Shown: piece by piece, positions 27,969 through 39,496 of the stretch
How the letters are laid out: each line of letters begins with the position of its first letter
Numbering within the stretch: position 1 is the stretch's first letter
Assembly (NCBI GenBank): GCA_951406725.2
Contig: OX597827.1
Location: forward strand, 67,022,001 to 67,086,000
DNA: 64,000 nt
Direction: 5' to 3'
From: Octopus vulgaris
Lineage: Eukaryota
Notes under the pieces: generated by a model
What the model was told of the DNA's origin: nothing
The model's database searches: none
The model's input: the letters and a program-made list of their open reading frames with translations, nothing else
Made by a program: the position numbers and the translations under genes

Positions 27969-28625
27969 CAGTATCGCCCGGCGTTGCTCAGGTTTGTAAG
28001 GAAATAACTATAAAGCATTTTTAGTTATACAAAAAATAGAAAAAAAATGATGGTAAATTTTTTTTGAGAGTTAAAACAGGTGGAGTTGCGTCCCTAGACG
28101 GTCTGTGGTTTGGGTTTCTCATCGACCCCATGTCAAATTTATCGATTTTTTCAGAACTGGGGAACTTTTCAAAATAGTTTTGAATTATGACATTATATGT
28201 ATCAAGTTTCATCAGAATCGGTTGAAAGCCGTGGTCAGATGAGGGTACGAGAAAACAGACACACAGAAACACGCACAGACAAACTGCCGTTTATATAGAG
28301 AGAGATAGTATCGCCCGGCGTTGCTAGGTTTGTAAGGAAATACATAAAGCATTTTTAGAGAGTTATAGCCAAAAAATACAAAAAAATGGAAAAAAAATAT
28401 AAATGAGGTTAAAACAGGTGGAGTTGCGTCCCCTAGACGGTCTGTGGTTTGGGTTTCTCATTCTCGACCCCATGTATTTATCGATTTTTCAGAATGGGGG
28501 AACTTTTCAAAACATATGACATTGGGCTATGTGTGTGTCAAGTTTCATCAGAATGAAAGCCGTGGTATATACGAGAAAACAGACACACAGAAACACGCAC
28601 AGACAAACGTTTATATAGAGAGAGA
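27969..28625 (-). mobile_element. Head-to-tail dimer of a non-autonomous Helitron (family H2)
   Basis: Units 27969-28305 and 28307-28625 each run from agtatcgcccggcgttgct (3' hairpin) to tttatatagagagaga (5' TC end). Confidence 0.8.
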
Positions 28626-28680
28626 TATATATATATACACATACATATATATGCATATATATATATATATACATATATAA

Positions 28681-28711
<31 letters not shown>

Positions 28712-28721
28712 CATACATGAT

Positions 28722-28778
<57 letters not shown>

Positions 28779-29632
28779 ACCAGAGTAAGCACATAAATGA
28801 GAAACAAGGTGAGAGAAAAAGAACTGTGCTCTAATACTGCATGTAACGTAATATGCTTTATTAATAAAGATTCAAAGACATCACAAAAACTGATTTCATA
28901 ATGTCTTTGCAACGTTATTAATGCAGTATATATACATATATATATATACACACACATATTAGAATGTGTGTGTGAGCATGTCTGTGTGTGAGCATGTCTG
29001 TGTGTGCTCATGCGCTCTTTTGTTGAACGCTTGCTTTGATGATCATTTATTATTTGAAGGAGAGCGAGAGCGAGTGGCTATACAGAGGAAGCTCGACTGT
29101 TTCCTAGATATTAAAGAATGCATGATTTGTGGCAGCTATCAATATTCGTTAATACTGCTTGTACATGGAACAGTCATAGCTTTATTAGGCAGTGAAATCG
29201 GAGCTCATTACTGCAAGACGACGAACTAATTGTATTATATCCATATCGTATCGCACCAGCCACCTATAAACTACCGGCAACGAATTATTAGAGGCTGTAA
29301 ACACGAACTTATAAACGATAAATATCGCGGAATGAGTGGCGTATTTAATTATAGTTAATTTCATTGAAAATTCTATATTCTATGTTATTGAACGCATTGT
29401 TGATCATCACATCGATGATTATGCAATAATCTAGATGAAAAAATAAATCAAACAAAACTCATCGATTTTATGAGCTAGCTCCATAATATGTAGGAGGTCA
29501 ATGAAAATTCTGCATCATAAATGACTTTTTTGTTTGTTATATATGTCGATACTTTATATATGTGAAACCCAAATAGATATATATTTAGCCAGTGTAATGC
29601 TCCTCTATGTCATTTATCTTCATATGTATATC

Positions 29633-29885
29633 TCTCTATATATAAAGCTGAAGTTGTCTGTGTATGGCAGGTTTGGTAGCCTTCAACTAACACTATCTCC
29701 TCCGAGACCCTGCGGCGCAAGTTGACCACAATTTAAAGTATGATAGAAGAAGGCTTGCTCTTCCTTCCGTAGCAGAAAAAATTCAACTCGGACCATGTTA
29801 ACACCAAAACTTATTTACATCAAAAACATCCTTTTTTTCTATGAAAATCCCTATTTTTTACGATTTTTTGACTGCCGTGTCGCCA
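29633..29885 (+). mobile_element. 5' part of Helitron family H1
   Basis: tctctatatataaagctgaagttgtctgtgtatggcaggtttggtagccttcaac... closely matches the reverse complement of 22160-22421. Confidence 0.85.
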
Positions 29886-30400
29886 GATGACAGAATCTTT
29901 AGTGAACCGAGGAAAATTCTTAGCGGCATTTCACCCGTTTTAGCGTTCCGCCGAGGTCGGCTTTACCTTTCGTCCTTTCGGGGTCGATAAATGAAGTACC
30001 ACTAAAACACTGGAATCGACGAAATCGAATAGTGCTCTCCCCCAAACATTGAAGCCTTGTTCTTTTAGTAGAGTGCATTATTTGTTTTGGATTAAGGGGT
30101 TAAGCTGGCAGAATCCCTAGCAAGCCTTGCAAAATGGTTAGTGGTATTTCGTCTGCCTTTACGTTTTGAGTTCAAATTCTGCCGTGGTCGACTTTGCCTT
30201 TTAGATTTTCAGGGTCCGATAAAATAAGTACCAGGTATGTACTGGTGTCACTGTAATCGACTAATCCCCTCCCACAAATTTCAGGCCTTGTTCCTATAGT
30301 ACAAAGGATTATTTGATTAGGATTTCCATTTTCAGAGTTCAAATGCTAAGATTTACCTTTTGCCTTTAATCATTTTGGAGTCGATAAATATAAGTACTAC
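29886..30400 (+). mobile_element. Cluster of three old A-type SINEs in the same orientation (similar clusters at 47515-48125 and 59835-60260)
   Basis: Repeated diverged gagttcaaat...gtcgac...gataaa...agtac blocks separated by attatt tails. Confidence 0.7.
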
Positions 30401-30409
30401 TCATGGGCC

Positions 30410-30700
30410 TTGCTCCTGGATTCTGGGTTCTGGACTGGTGAAAGAACTATTAGAAAGTCGAGCACCTTGCCTTGTAGAACCTGTCCTGTGTATGTAAGCT
30501 TTTACAGCCACACTTGTAACGACATATGTGCCACGCTGTATTGTCCCAAATCGACGGCACAGAAATGAGGAGACATGCATGCATGGGCGATTGTGGCGGT
30601 CTTTTTGAAAATAATTATATAATCTATCGCAGTTTGTTCCAACCTGTATAAATACATACACATCACTGACCAAGAGTTGCTCTTCATATAGTCCATATAA
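30410..30700 (-). pseudogene. Highly decayed LINE reverse-transcriptase fragment
   Basis: YRLEQTAIDYIIIF..PHFCAVDLGQYSVAH resembles FRxxRSTID..FVDLxKAYDSV; in another frame TGSTRQGARLS resembles GVRQGxxLS, in the expected order. Confidence 0.5.
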
Positions 30701-31209
30701 ATTCAGCGTCAACGCTTGAACTTTAATGTTATATAGACCTCTATCGTTATATGATCCCACTGAATTCTTATAATTTAGAATAACGTTTGCTGAGGATGTT
30801 TAATACATGAAAAGCGTGTCTGTTATGTCACCATTTGACTTTAAGAGCAAGACTCATCCTCGTTTGTATTGTCTCTGTTTTCGAGAACTTTTCATTAGCT
30901 AATTTCAGTGTTGTTATTTCCTATACTTTTTGTGTTTAGATTTTGAAATACACCGAAATTGAAATGTTGCCAATATAGTGAACAGATTAGATCAGTGAAT
31001 TGAAATTATTGAAGTCACCATATTACATAAGTGAAATTCTCACTTACATGTATTTAAGTGAGATATATATTTTCCAAGAGCTCAGAAATGTTTTAAAAGA
31101 ATCGCAATTGGACGCGTTGCTCAGATTTCAAGATTCCACCGTGGTCTTACCACACCGACAAATACTCAATACATGTACGAAAAAAAACAGGGTAAAAGGC
31201 AACTACCAC

Positions 31210-31505
31210 CCTTGAGTCACAAATGATTTGGGGATAGCACCTACAAAGTTCCCCTTTGAGGCAGTAGTCCGCTCAGGATTGTTTAGGGAAGACCAGCAGT
31301 CACCCATGCATACCGGCCTTGCCTCTCCATGCCATCAAGGGAAAGGCAAAGACCGGTAGAGGTTGGCACCAGGGACATCACAACTCATTTCTATAGCTGA
31401 GTGAACTGGAGCAACTAGAAATGAAGTGTCTTGCTGAAGAACACAACACAAAGCCTATCCGGAAATCGCTCTCACTACCTCATGGTTGTGAGCACGGTGC
31501 CTTCA
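31210..31505 (-). mobile_element. Old tRNA-derived SINE (family F)
   Basis: Minus strand has a degenerate tRNA head, a gtgttcttcagcaagacacttcatttc CORE-like segment, and ccagttcactcagctatagaaatgag shared with family E. Confidence 0.6.
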
Positions 31506-31667
31506 ATTGAACAATAGAAATTTAAAAAGAACAACGTATACGGTATGTGTTTCAACCCTTAGCATATCAAAAGTTCATGAAAATGAAAGGGTAAATTAGA
31601 AGCATAATGAAAACGAGGGTGAGAAAAATAGTAAATGATTAAAAGAAAATTGATTACAAACTTGAGA

Positions 31668-31734
<67 letters not shown>

Positions 31735-31999
31735 TAGAAATGATAATAAAATACTTACTAAATAGAAACAAAATAAGGTTGCAAGTAAAAGAAAGATAGG
31801 GTTAAATGATTAGCAGAAATATATCCGTTAAAGTATGTTAAGTTATTCAATCACTGCCGCTTGAAAAGACATGACTGCCAATCATAGAATAGGTTATCAT
31901 TCTCGTGGTTGTCAGGAAAAGTTAAGTATCTGTACACATCACCAAATGTCATTATTCAACATTTAATCGAACAAGATGAATTTATACTGTATAATCCTT

Positions 32000-32574
32000 T
32001 CTACAAGGCCTGAAAATTAGGGAGAGAGGAATAGTCCATTATATAGACCCTAGTACATAACTGGTACTTAATTTATGGACCCCGGAAAGTCAACCACGGC
32101 GGAATTTGAACTCAGAACGTGCAGACGGACTAAATGCCTCTAAGCATTTTGCCCGGCATGCTAACGATTCTTATTTCTTTATTGCCTACAAGGGCTAAAC
32201 GTAGAGGGCATAAACAAGGATTAAGTCGATTACATCGACCCCAGTGTGCAACTGTTACTTAATTTATAGACCCCGAAAGGATAAAAGGCAAAGTCGACCG
32301 CGGTGGATTTGAACTCAGAACGTAACGGCAGACGAAATACCTATTTCTTTACTACCCACAAGGGGCTAAACACAGAGAGGACAAACAAGGACAGACAAAC
32401 GGATTAAGTCGATTATATCGACCCCTGTGCGTAATTGGTACTTATTTAATCGACTCCGAAAAGATGAAAGGCAAAGTCGACATCGGCGGAATTTGAACTC
32501 AGAACGCAGCGGCAGACGAAATGCCGCTAAGCATTTCGTCCGGCGTGCTAACGTTTATGCCAGCTCACCGCCTT
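32000..32574 (-). mobile_element. Three nested or adjacent A-type SINEs
   Basis: Segments at about 32000-32171, 32172-32341 and 32342-32574; each younger 3' end (tatttcttt) abuts the interior of the previous copy. Confidence 0.85.
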
Positions 32575-32874
32575 ATAATTTATTCTGTATAATAAGAGGG
32601 ACTTATACAGTACAGTAGCTGTTGTTAAAATACATGCAAATCACCTAATGGGTGTACAATTCATTCCCTTAGCAAACACTGGACCTACTCAAAATTGAGC
32701 CATATTTCATCGTCACATATATGGACGTATATATGTGTGTATATATGCATGCATTTAAGCAAGATATATATTTTGATATATGTCACACATATGCATGTTT
32801 GTCAGGTTGAATGCCATTGTGTGTCCCCTTGCACTGTATGTTATCACTGATATAACTGTAAGCACCGGCACATA

Positions 32875-33122
32875 GTGGAAGTACATGGCTTAGTGGTTAA
32901 GGTGTTGGTCTCATGATCGTACGATTGTTGTTTCGGTACCTGGAACGGGCGACGCGTTCTGTCCTTGCAAAAAACACTTTCATTTCACATTGCTCCGGTC
33001 CACTCAGCTGGCAAAAATGAGTACCCTACGACAGACCGACGTCCCGTCCAGGAGGAGAATTTATACGCAATGACAATCGAGAAACTGTCCCTTATGAATC
33101 GGTTGACTCGAGATGGTAACTC
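32875..33122 (+). mobile_element. tRNA-derived SINE family E
   Basis: tggcttagtggtt A box, CORE-like tgtccttg..acactt, then cactcagctggcaaaaatgagta and gacgtcccgtccagg (V-domain-like, tentative). Confidence 0.65.
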
Positions 33123-33622
33123 TGACATTTCTTTCATACTTTTACCGGCGCATATTCACATATTACATTTTTTTACTTTCCGTAATGTACAACATCCTAT
33201 CATAGTACCATTACATTTACATCCTATAACAGTACCATTAAGGTTGAAATTTTGAAATTACCCCGTTCAGTATTTCCAGGGCTATTGCTGACGGCATTTA
33301 GCCAAGCATCTAAATGCTCAGCTAGTTCTTGGTATAAATCATATAGTCGTAGCTTAGTACGTAGCTCCTTTGATATGCTGAACTGGCGAAACATTTATAG
33401 AAATGACTTGATGCTGACGGATTTGAGAATTGCAAATCACCCAGAAAACATAACATCATATAGATCTGTGCACATAGGTTGTTACCTCTCTCCTTGTTTC
33501 TTTCTCTGTTCCATTCTGGGGAAGAGCGTAGGCTCGAAATGTTAAAGACTTTTTCACTTCCCGAGCGTTATACTACACTACCTGACTTCGTATTTTGCTT
33601 TTATATCTAAGGGATGAGGAAC

Positions 33623-33791
33623 TATGTACATTATTTACATTATTTACAATTGACGGATATTTGTCGTCATCTTGTTTGTTGTTATCACACCTGATGAAGG
33701 CTGAAGGGTATTTCAGCCGAAACGCTGTGTTAACAACAAACAAGATGAGGACAAATATCCGTCAATTGTAAATAATGTAAATAATGTATAT
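33623..33791 (+). mobile_element. Palindromic element (~65-bp arms) with a hammerhead-like core as its loop
   Basis: Arms 33623-33690 and 33727-33791 are reverse complements. The loop is CTGATGA-aggctgaa gggtat ttcagcc-GAAA-cgct. A solo arm lies at about 35790-35855. Confidence 0.75.
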
Positions 33792-34689
33792 AAATGACAC
33801 AATGGGCAACTAGCCCAGTATAAGTAAAAACGAAAAATAAGAAAAAAAAATATGTTGGTTGGTCATTTCTGGAACGGCTTTCGGTCATATATCAGTTCGA
33901 CGAACTCTAACATTTTAGCATCGGTTAGTCTAAAATTTAGACTCGGCGCACTCACCACCACCACCACCACCACTACCAATACTAGTAACTATTACCATTA
34001 TCATCATCATCATCATCATCTTCATCAACAGCAGCAGTAGAACCATCGGATATGGTAGCAGCAGCAGCAGCAGCAGCAATAGCAGCAACAGCAACAGGAA
34101 TAACTAGAAGCATTCAATTTAAAAGCAGTGCTGTTAAAATCAATTTGAAACGTCAGTATAGACGGCACAGCATATAAGAGTCGGTTCTTTTAAGAGATTT
34201 CACTTCACCTAGAATAGAAATGCTCAGCCGAAACGATATTCATAGTCAAGTAGGCATAATAGCTTTATACAGGAACACATTAACGTGCGTAGATACGTAT
34301 TATGCAGCATGCAGTATGTGTGTGTGTATGTATATGTGTGTGTGGACATATAGTCATACGTGTGCATATGGGTATGTAAAAATGTATATATAAACACATA
34401 AACATAACAATATATGTAAGCGTGTATATTTATAAACATATATATATATATATAAACGTCAGAATATATATGCATTCATGTGTCTCAATATCTGTCTATC
34501 TCCCTCTCTCCCTCTCATTCTCCCTCTATGCATGTATGTATGTATATGTATGTATATATATATATATGTATATATTTATATATATATATATTTATATATA
34601 TATATATGCATGTATAAATATACATATACGTATATATGCTTATATATGTGTATATAGATATGCATATATATATATGTACATATATATAC

Positions 34690-34762
<73 letters not shown>

Positions 34763-34813
34763 CGTATGTATGGCTATATCTACGTATATGTCTATATATA
34801 TATATTTATATAT

Positions 34814-34856
<43 letters not shown>

Positions 34857-35570
34857 AATCTATCTATCTACTCATATATATATATGTATACGTGTGTGTG
34901 TGTATTTGTGTGTGTGTGTCAGTGCGTGTATGCATCAAAGCATATGCACGCACTCCGAAACACACTTCACACATACAAATACACAAACAAACATAACACA
35001 CTCGCATCTTTATTTATTTGAGAAGTCATCGACATTTTAGCGAAGAAACTTAATCTGCTTTCTTCTGTTGTAATCGATAAAATAAACTAACTTTTAACTA
35101 TTACTTTTACTATGAAACTTCAGAAAGAAAGAAACGCAACATTAGCAGTAATTGTAACGTGTGCAAGTCGAGAAAGAGACAGAGAGATTGGTGGAGTGAT
35201 ATATAGCCAGAAAGAGAAAGACTGAGAGAGAGAGAGATATAAAACGAGAAGGAATGAGAGAGAGAGAGTGTTGGGGTAAGAGTGAAAGTAGTTCAGTTCT
35301 TGCGTCCTTACGTCATTATTTGTAAACTTAAAGACGTAAACCGTTGCAAAGATAACCAATTTTTGAGAACTTTAAAACTTTGTAGATCGCTACAGTTACA
35401 GTTGAATACGAATGAGAAGAATTGGTGTAATTGAGATATGTACAGCATTGGAGAAGTAGACACATACATGTATCGGTATATGCAAACGCGCAGAAATTCA
35501 TGCACAAAGACGCCATACCCGCACACGCACACACATATAAGTCCATATGTATATACATACACACACACAA

Positions 35571-35608
<38 letters not shown>

Positions 35609-35662
35609 GTCTCTATGTTTATACATATATACATATATACATATGTATATAAATATATATTT

Positions 35663-35724
<62 letters not shown>

Positions 35725-35868
35725 TCCGTTTCTTGTACATACGTACAAACATGTGTATATATATATATATGTTGTGTGTGTGTGTGTATAGATGATGACA
35801 ATTATCCGTCAAAAGTAATTAATATAAATAATGTACATAATTCCTCATCTCTTAAATTGGGAAATATA

Positions 35869-35915
<47 letters not shown>

Positions 35916-35974
35916 CTATATTTATATATACATACATGTGTGTCTATATATAAACACATATATGTACGTACGTA

Positions 35975-36531
35975 TAAGGAATGCTCGGTAACTTATCGCG
36001 CATGCGCATGCGCATTGTTTATTTTTGTTCCCACACGGTCTCAGACGCAACAGGGAGGCCTACCTGAAGTGCGTAGAGGAGTTGGTGCTGCTTTGGCTCA
36101 AGAGGTTGGCAGTTGCAACACCCTACGTCTGACAACAGTTTACACCATGCCACGCAAACAGCAAAACCCGGTCATGACTGTCAGATGATTTCTGCGACCA
36201 CATCACACCTACCATCAACCCGGATTGCAAACCCGTTCATTATTATGTGTGGAGCGCAGTTAAGCGGGAGACCTACATCAAAGATGAACTGAAGACAATC
36301 ACCAACTTAAACAAGGAGACAATCCAAAAGAGTTGCAGGAGATTCCAAAGTTGTCTGGAGGCCGTGGTTGAAGCCATTGGCGATTTTATTGAATAAATTT
36401 TCTCTTTCGTATTTCAAGATATTTTTGTATAATTTTGGTAAATGTATCTGTTAAAATAAGTTAAAATAAGATAGCAATGTTATTATCATTGTTGCGTAAC
36501 TTAGACAACTATTCATTCACCGCAACATGTA
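35975..36531 (+). pseudogene. Internally deleted maT/DD37D-like (Tc1/mariner) transposon remnant
   Basis: PHGLRRNREAYLKCVEE..PYV*QQ-FTPCH..DHITPTI..PDCKPVHYYVWSAVKRET..SCRRFQSCLEAVVEAIGDFIE*; degenerate TIR-like end ...tcaccgcaacatg|ta. Confidence 0.8.
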
Positions 36532-36669
36532 TGTGTATATAGATATATAGATATATATGTGTGTGTGTATGTGTGTCTGTTTGTGTATACATATATATAC
36601 TACATGCATATCTGCTACTGTGTACGTTTGCGTGTGTGTGTATGTATGTATGTATTTATGTTTGTATGT

Positions 36670-36710
<41 letters not shown>

Positions 36711-36792
36711 CGTGTGTACATATATATATGTATATATGTGTGTGTATATATATATATGTGTATATATATATATGTGTGTGTGTATGTCTATG

Positions 36793-36837
<45 letters not shown>

Positions 36838-37457
36838 ACGTATGTACGTACGTATATACGTACGTATGTACGTACGTATGCATGTATTAGGCTGGCTCTT
36901 ATTTGCTGCAGTTTAGAATATCGATTTATGCTGAAATAATTCACAAAGTATTTATATTTTAGAAGATTAAGAATTAAATAATTTGCCAAATGTATTGCAT
37001 TTCCTTAAGGACTTACCAAAACCGGTTATAAATGCGACTTTCTAGACAATTAACCTCGTGCTCTTTAATGAACCAGACAGAATTATGCAAATGTATGCTT
37101 TAGTTTCTTGGCGGTTACAGCACTAAGACAATTAATTTATTCAGAAGTGATAAACATCAGAAACTCTGATGTTCATACGTCTTTTAAAGCAACGTACAGA
37201 CTTTATTTATGATGTTATGTTCTGAATGACGTAATGAAAGACTTTGAAAATAATATTTAATTTTTTTTTGTTTGTGTGTGTCTTATTATCTAACACACTC
37301 ACCGGTTCAATTTCCGCTCATATATTATTTATATTTCTTCTTCCAAAATTGACTTGTTTTCTCAGCTTGTGAAGGAAAAGAATATTTAACTTAATACCAA
37401 CTGCGAAACACTCTCACAGAAACAGGAAAGTATTATATAGCAGCTTATAGAAAACGA

Positions 37458-37490
37458 TGGTCGATTTCGGCCTTATTAGGCCTCATCCAA
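37458..37490 (-). ncRNA. Degenerate hammerhead-like motif
   Basis: Minus strand: tgGATGA-ggcct aata aggcc-GAAA-tcgacc. Stem II is perfect, but C3/U4 and the cleavage triplet are mutated. Confidence 0.4.
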
Positions 37491-37626
37491 ATAGTATAAT
37501 GTACTAATGCCTTTAACAGATACTGTTCATTTCTCTCCAGTGATGGAAATAGTAGATGAACATATTTTACCTAAGTTGTGTGTGTATATATATATTTATA
37601 TATGTACATACATATATATAAGTATA

Positions 37627-37664
<38 letters not shown>

Positions 37665-37706
37665 TTTTTTTCTCCTTCTTCCCTTCCTTGGATCTTTCCT
37701 TTTTCT

Positions 37707-37743
37707 ATGTTTCTGACGAAGAGCTCCGCTCGAAACGTTACAT
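37707..37743 (+). ncRNA. Ultra-minimal hammerhead motif (GAAACGUU type)
   Basis: atgt-tt-CTGACGA(37713-37719)-a-gagc tcc gctc-GAAA-cg-TT-acat. Confidence 0.6.
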
Positions 37744-37871
37744 CTTCCTTCTTTCTTTCCTTTCCTGGGTGTCCAACAACACTATACTTGTTTCACCTCC
37801 TAGTGTTGTGTTTTCTCTTTGTGTTTTCATGTTTGGATCAACTTTATACATATATATATATATATATATAA

Positions 37872-38065
37872 AACCAAAAGATAAGCAACAAGAATGGATC
37901 GCTAGTTTAGTACAATTGTTTCATACTATAAACTTTTTTATTAAATTTAACTGAAGATTACTTGACATTATATTTGGGGTAATATTTGCAGCTTTAATAA
38001 AATGTTTATAGTATGAAACAATCGTATTAAAGTACCGATCCATTCTTGTTGCTTATTTTTTGGTT
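37872..38065. mobile_element. Foldback/MITE-like element with ~75-bp inverted arms
   Basis: aaccaaaagataagcaacaagaatggatcg...tttcatactataaac pairs with gtttatagtatgaaa...cgatccattcttgttgcttattttttggtt; flanked by TA. Confidence 0.75.
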
Positions 38066-38162
38066 ATAATCACTCCACATAATTTTATGGGTAATACCAT
38101 AAAAAAATTCTGGTGCATCTAAGTTAAGTACCATATTCATTTGAATCTAAATTGTTTTGCTG

Positions 38163-38227
<65 letters not shown>

Positions 38228-38435
38228 TGTTTCTGCGAGGCAGGGAGTTACATGAGCTGTGTTATCGGAGTACTGATAGTGATGCCAAATGTTTTGCAGG
38301 TAGTGGCAAATCAGTTCATCATTTGGTGCATCTGGGCCACGTCTGTGGTGGCGTTGAGAGCGCAGTTGTCTGCAAAGGGGAAGTCATCCGCTTTCACCTT
38401 GGTCTTGGCTAGTAGCCTACGCAAATTTGGAGCAT
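38228..38435 (-). pseudogene. RTE/BovB-type reverse-transcriptase fragment
   Basis: NLRRLLAKTKVKADDFPFADNCALNA..FATTCKTFGITIST matches the RTE FNLRRLxAKTK..FADDCAL..FGLTIS motif. Confidence 0.85.
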
Positions 38436-38640
38436 TTGCTATCATGAACGCGTGCGTGCACACACACACACACATGCACACACGCACATCTACACATAGA
38501 CACACACACATGCACACACATGCAGAGAAACACACACAAATATATAAACGGACTGGCTGCTTATTCCACCGGGATTGGTTAAATTTTATATAGACGCTTT
38601 AATTTTAAATATTACCCGAAAGTTATTTATACTAATTCAG

Positions 38641-39031
38641 TGTAGGCGCAATGGCCTAGTGGTTAGGGCAGCGGACTCGCGGTCGTAGGATCGCGGTTTC
38701 GATTCCCAGACCGCCGGGCGTTGTGAGTGTTTATTGAGCGAAAACACCTAAAGCTCCACGTGGCATCCTGCAGTGGATGGTGGTGATCCCTGCTGTACTC
38801 TTTCACCACAACTTTCTCTCACTCTTACTTCCTGTTTCTGTTGTACCTGTATTTCAAAGGGCCGGCCTTGTCACTCTCTTGTGTCACGCTGAATATCCCC
38901 GAGAACTACGTTAAGGGTACACGTGTCTGCTGTGGAGTGCTCAGCCACTTACACGTTAATTTCACGAGCAGGCTGTTCCGTTGATTCGGATCAACCAGAA
39001 CCCTCGTCGTCGTAACCGACGGAGTGCTTCC
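38641..39031 (+). mobile_element. SINE family C, full length
   Basis: Colinear with 16621-17004; near-TSD tttatactaattc / tttatacaaattc. Confidence 0.9.
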
Positions 39032-39496
39032 TTTATACAAATTCGTATCAGAAACATACCATAATATTTTTTAAAAAAAGTAAGCGTTAGGAATTTATAA
39101 TTCAATGTTATTTATTTTTAAAAAATGGTAAATTTCTGCTTCGTTTTTAATTCAGACTGCAAGAATATTGATCCATGTTGATCTAATTTAATCCAGTCAA
39201 CGAATAATCTTATTCAAATCTTCTAGCCTGATGCAGTGTACCGACATTATAATCCGGGTTAATGCAAGGCTGATCAACGCTTTACGTAGTTTGATCCTCG
39301 CTAATTCAGACTAATACGAACGGCAGCACTTTGATTCTTTCCGATCTAAGTTGCCAGCATTTCGAACCAGGCTGCTTACCGTTGATACTTCATGATTTTA
39401 TTCTGGTTGTAACGTTTTAGCTCCTGATCAACCTCGATGTAAAATCAAATTATCGAAGCCATTTCATTTATAACCAATCCACCCTTTTATTTTCAT

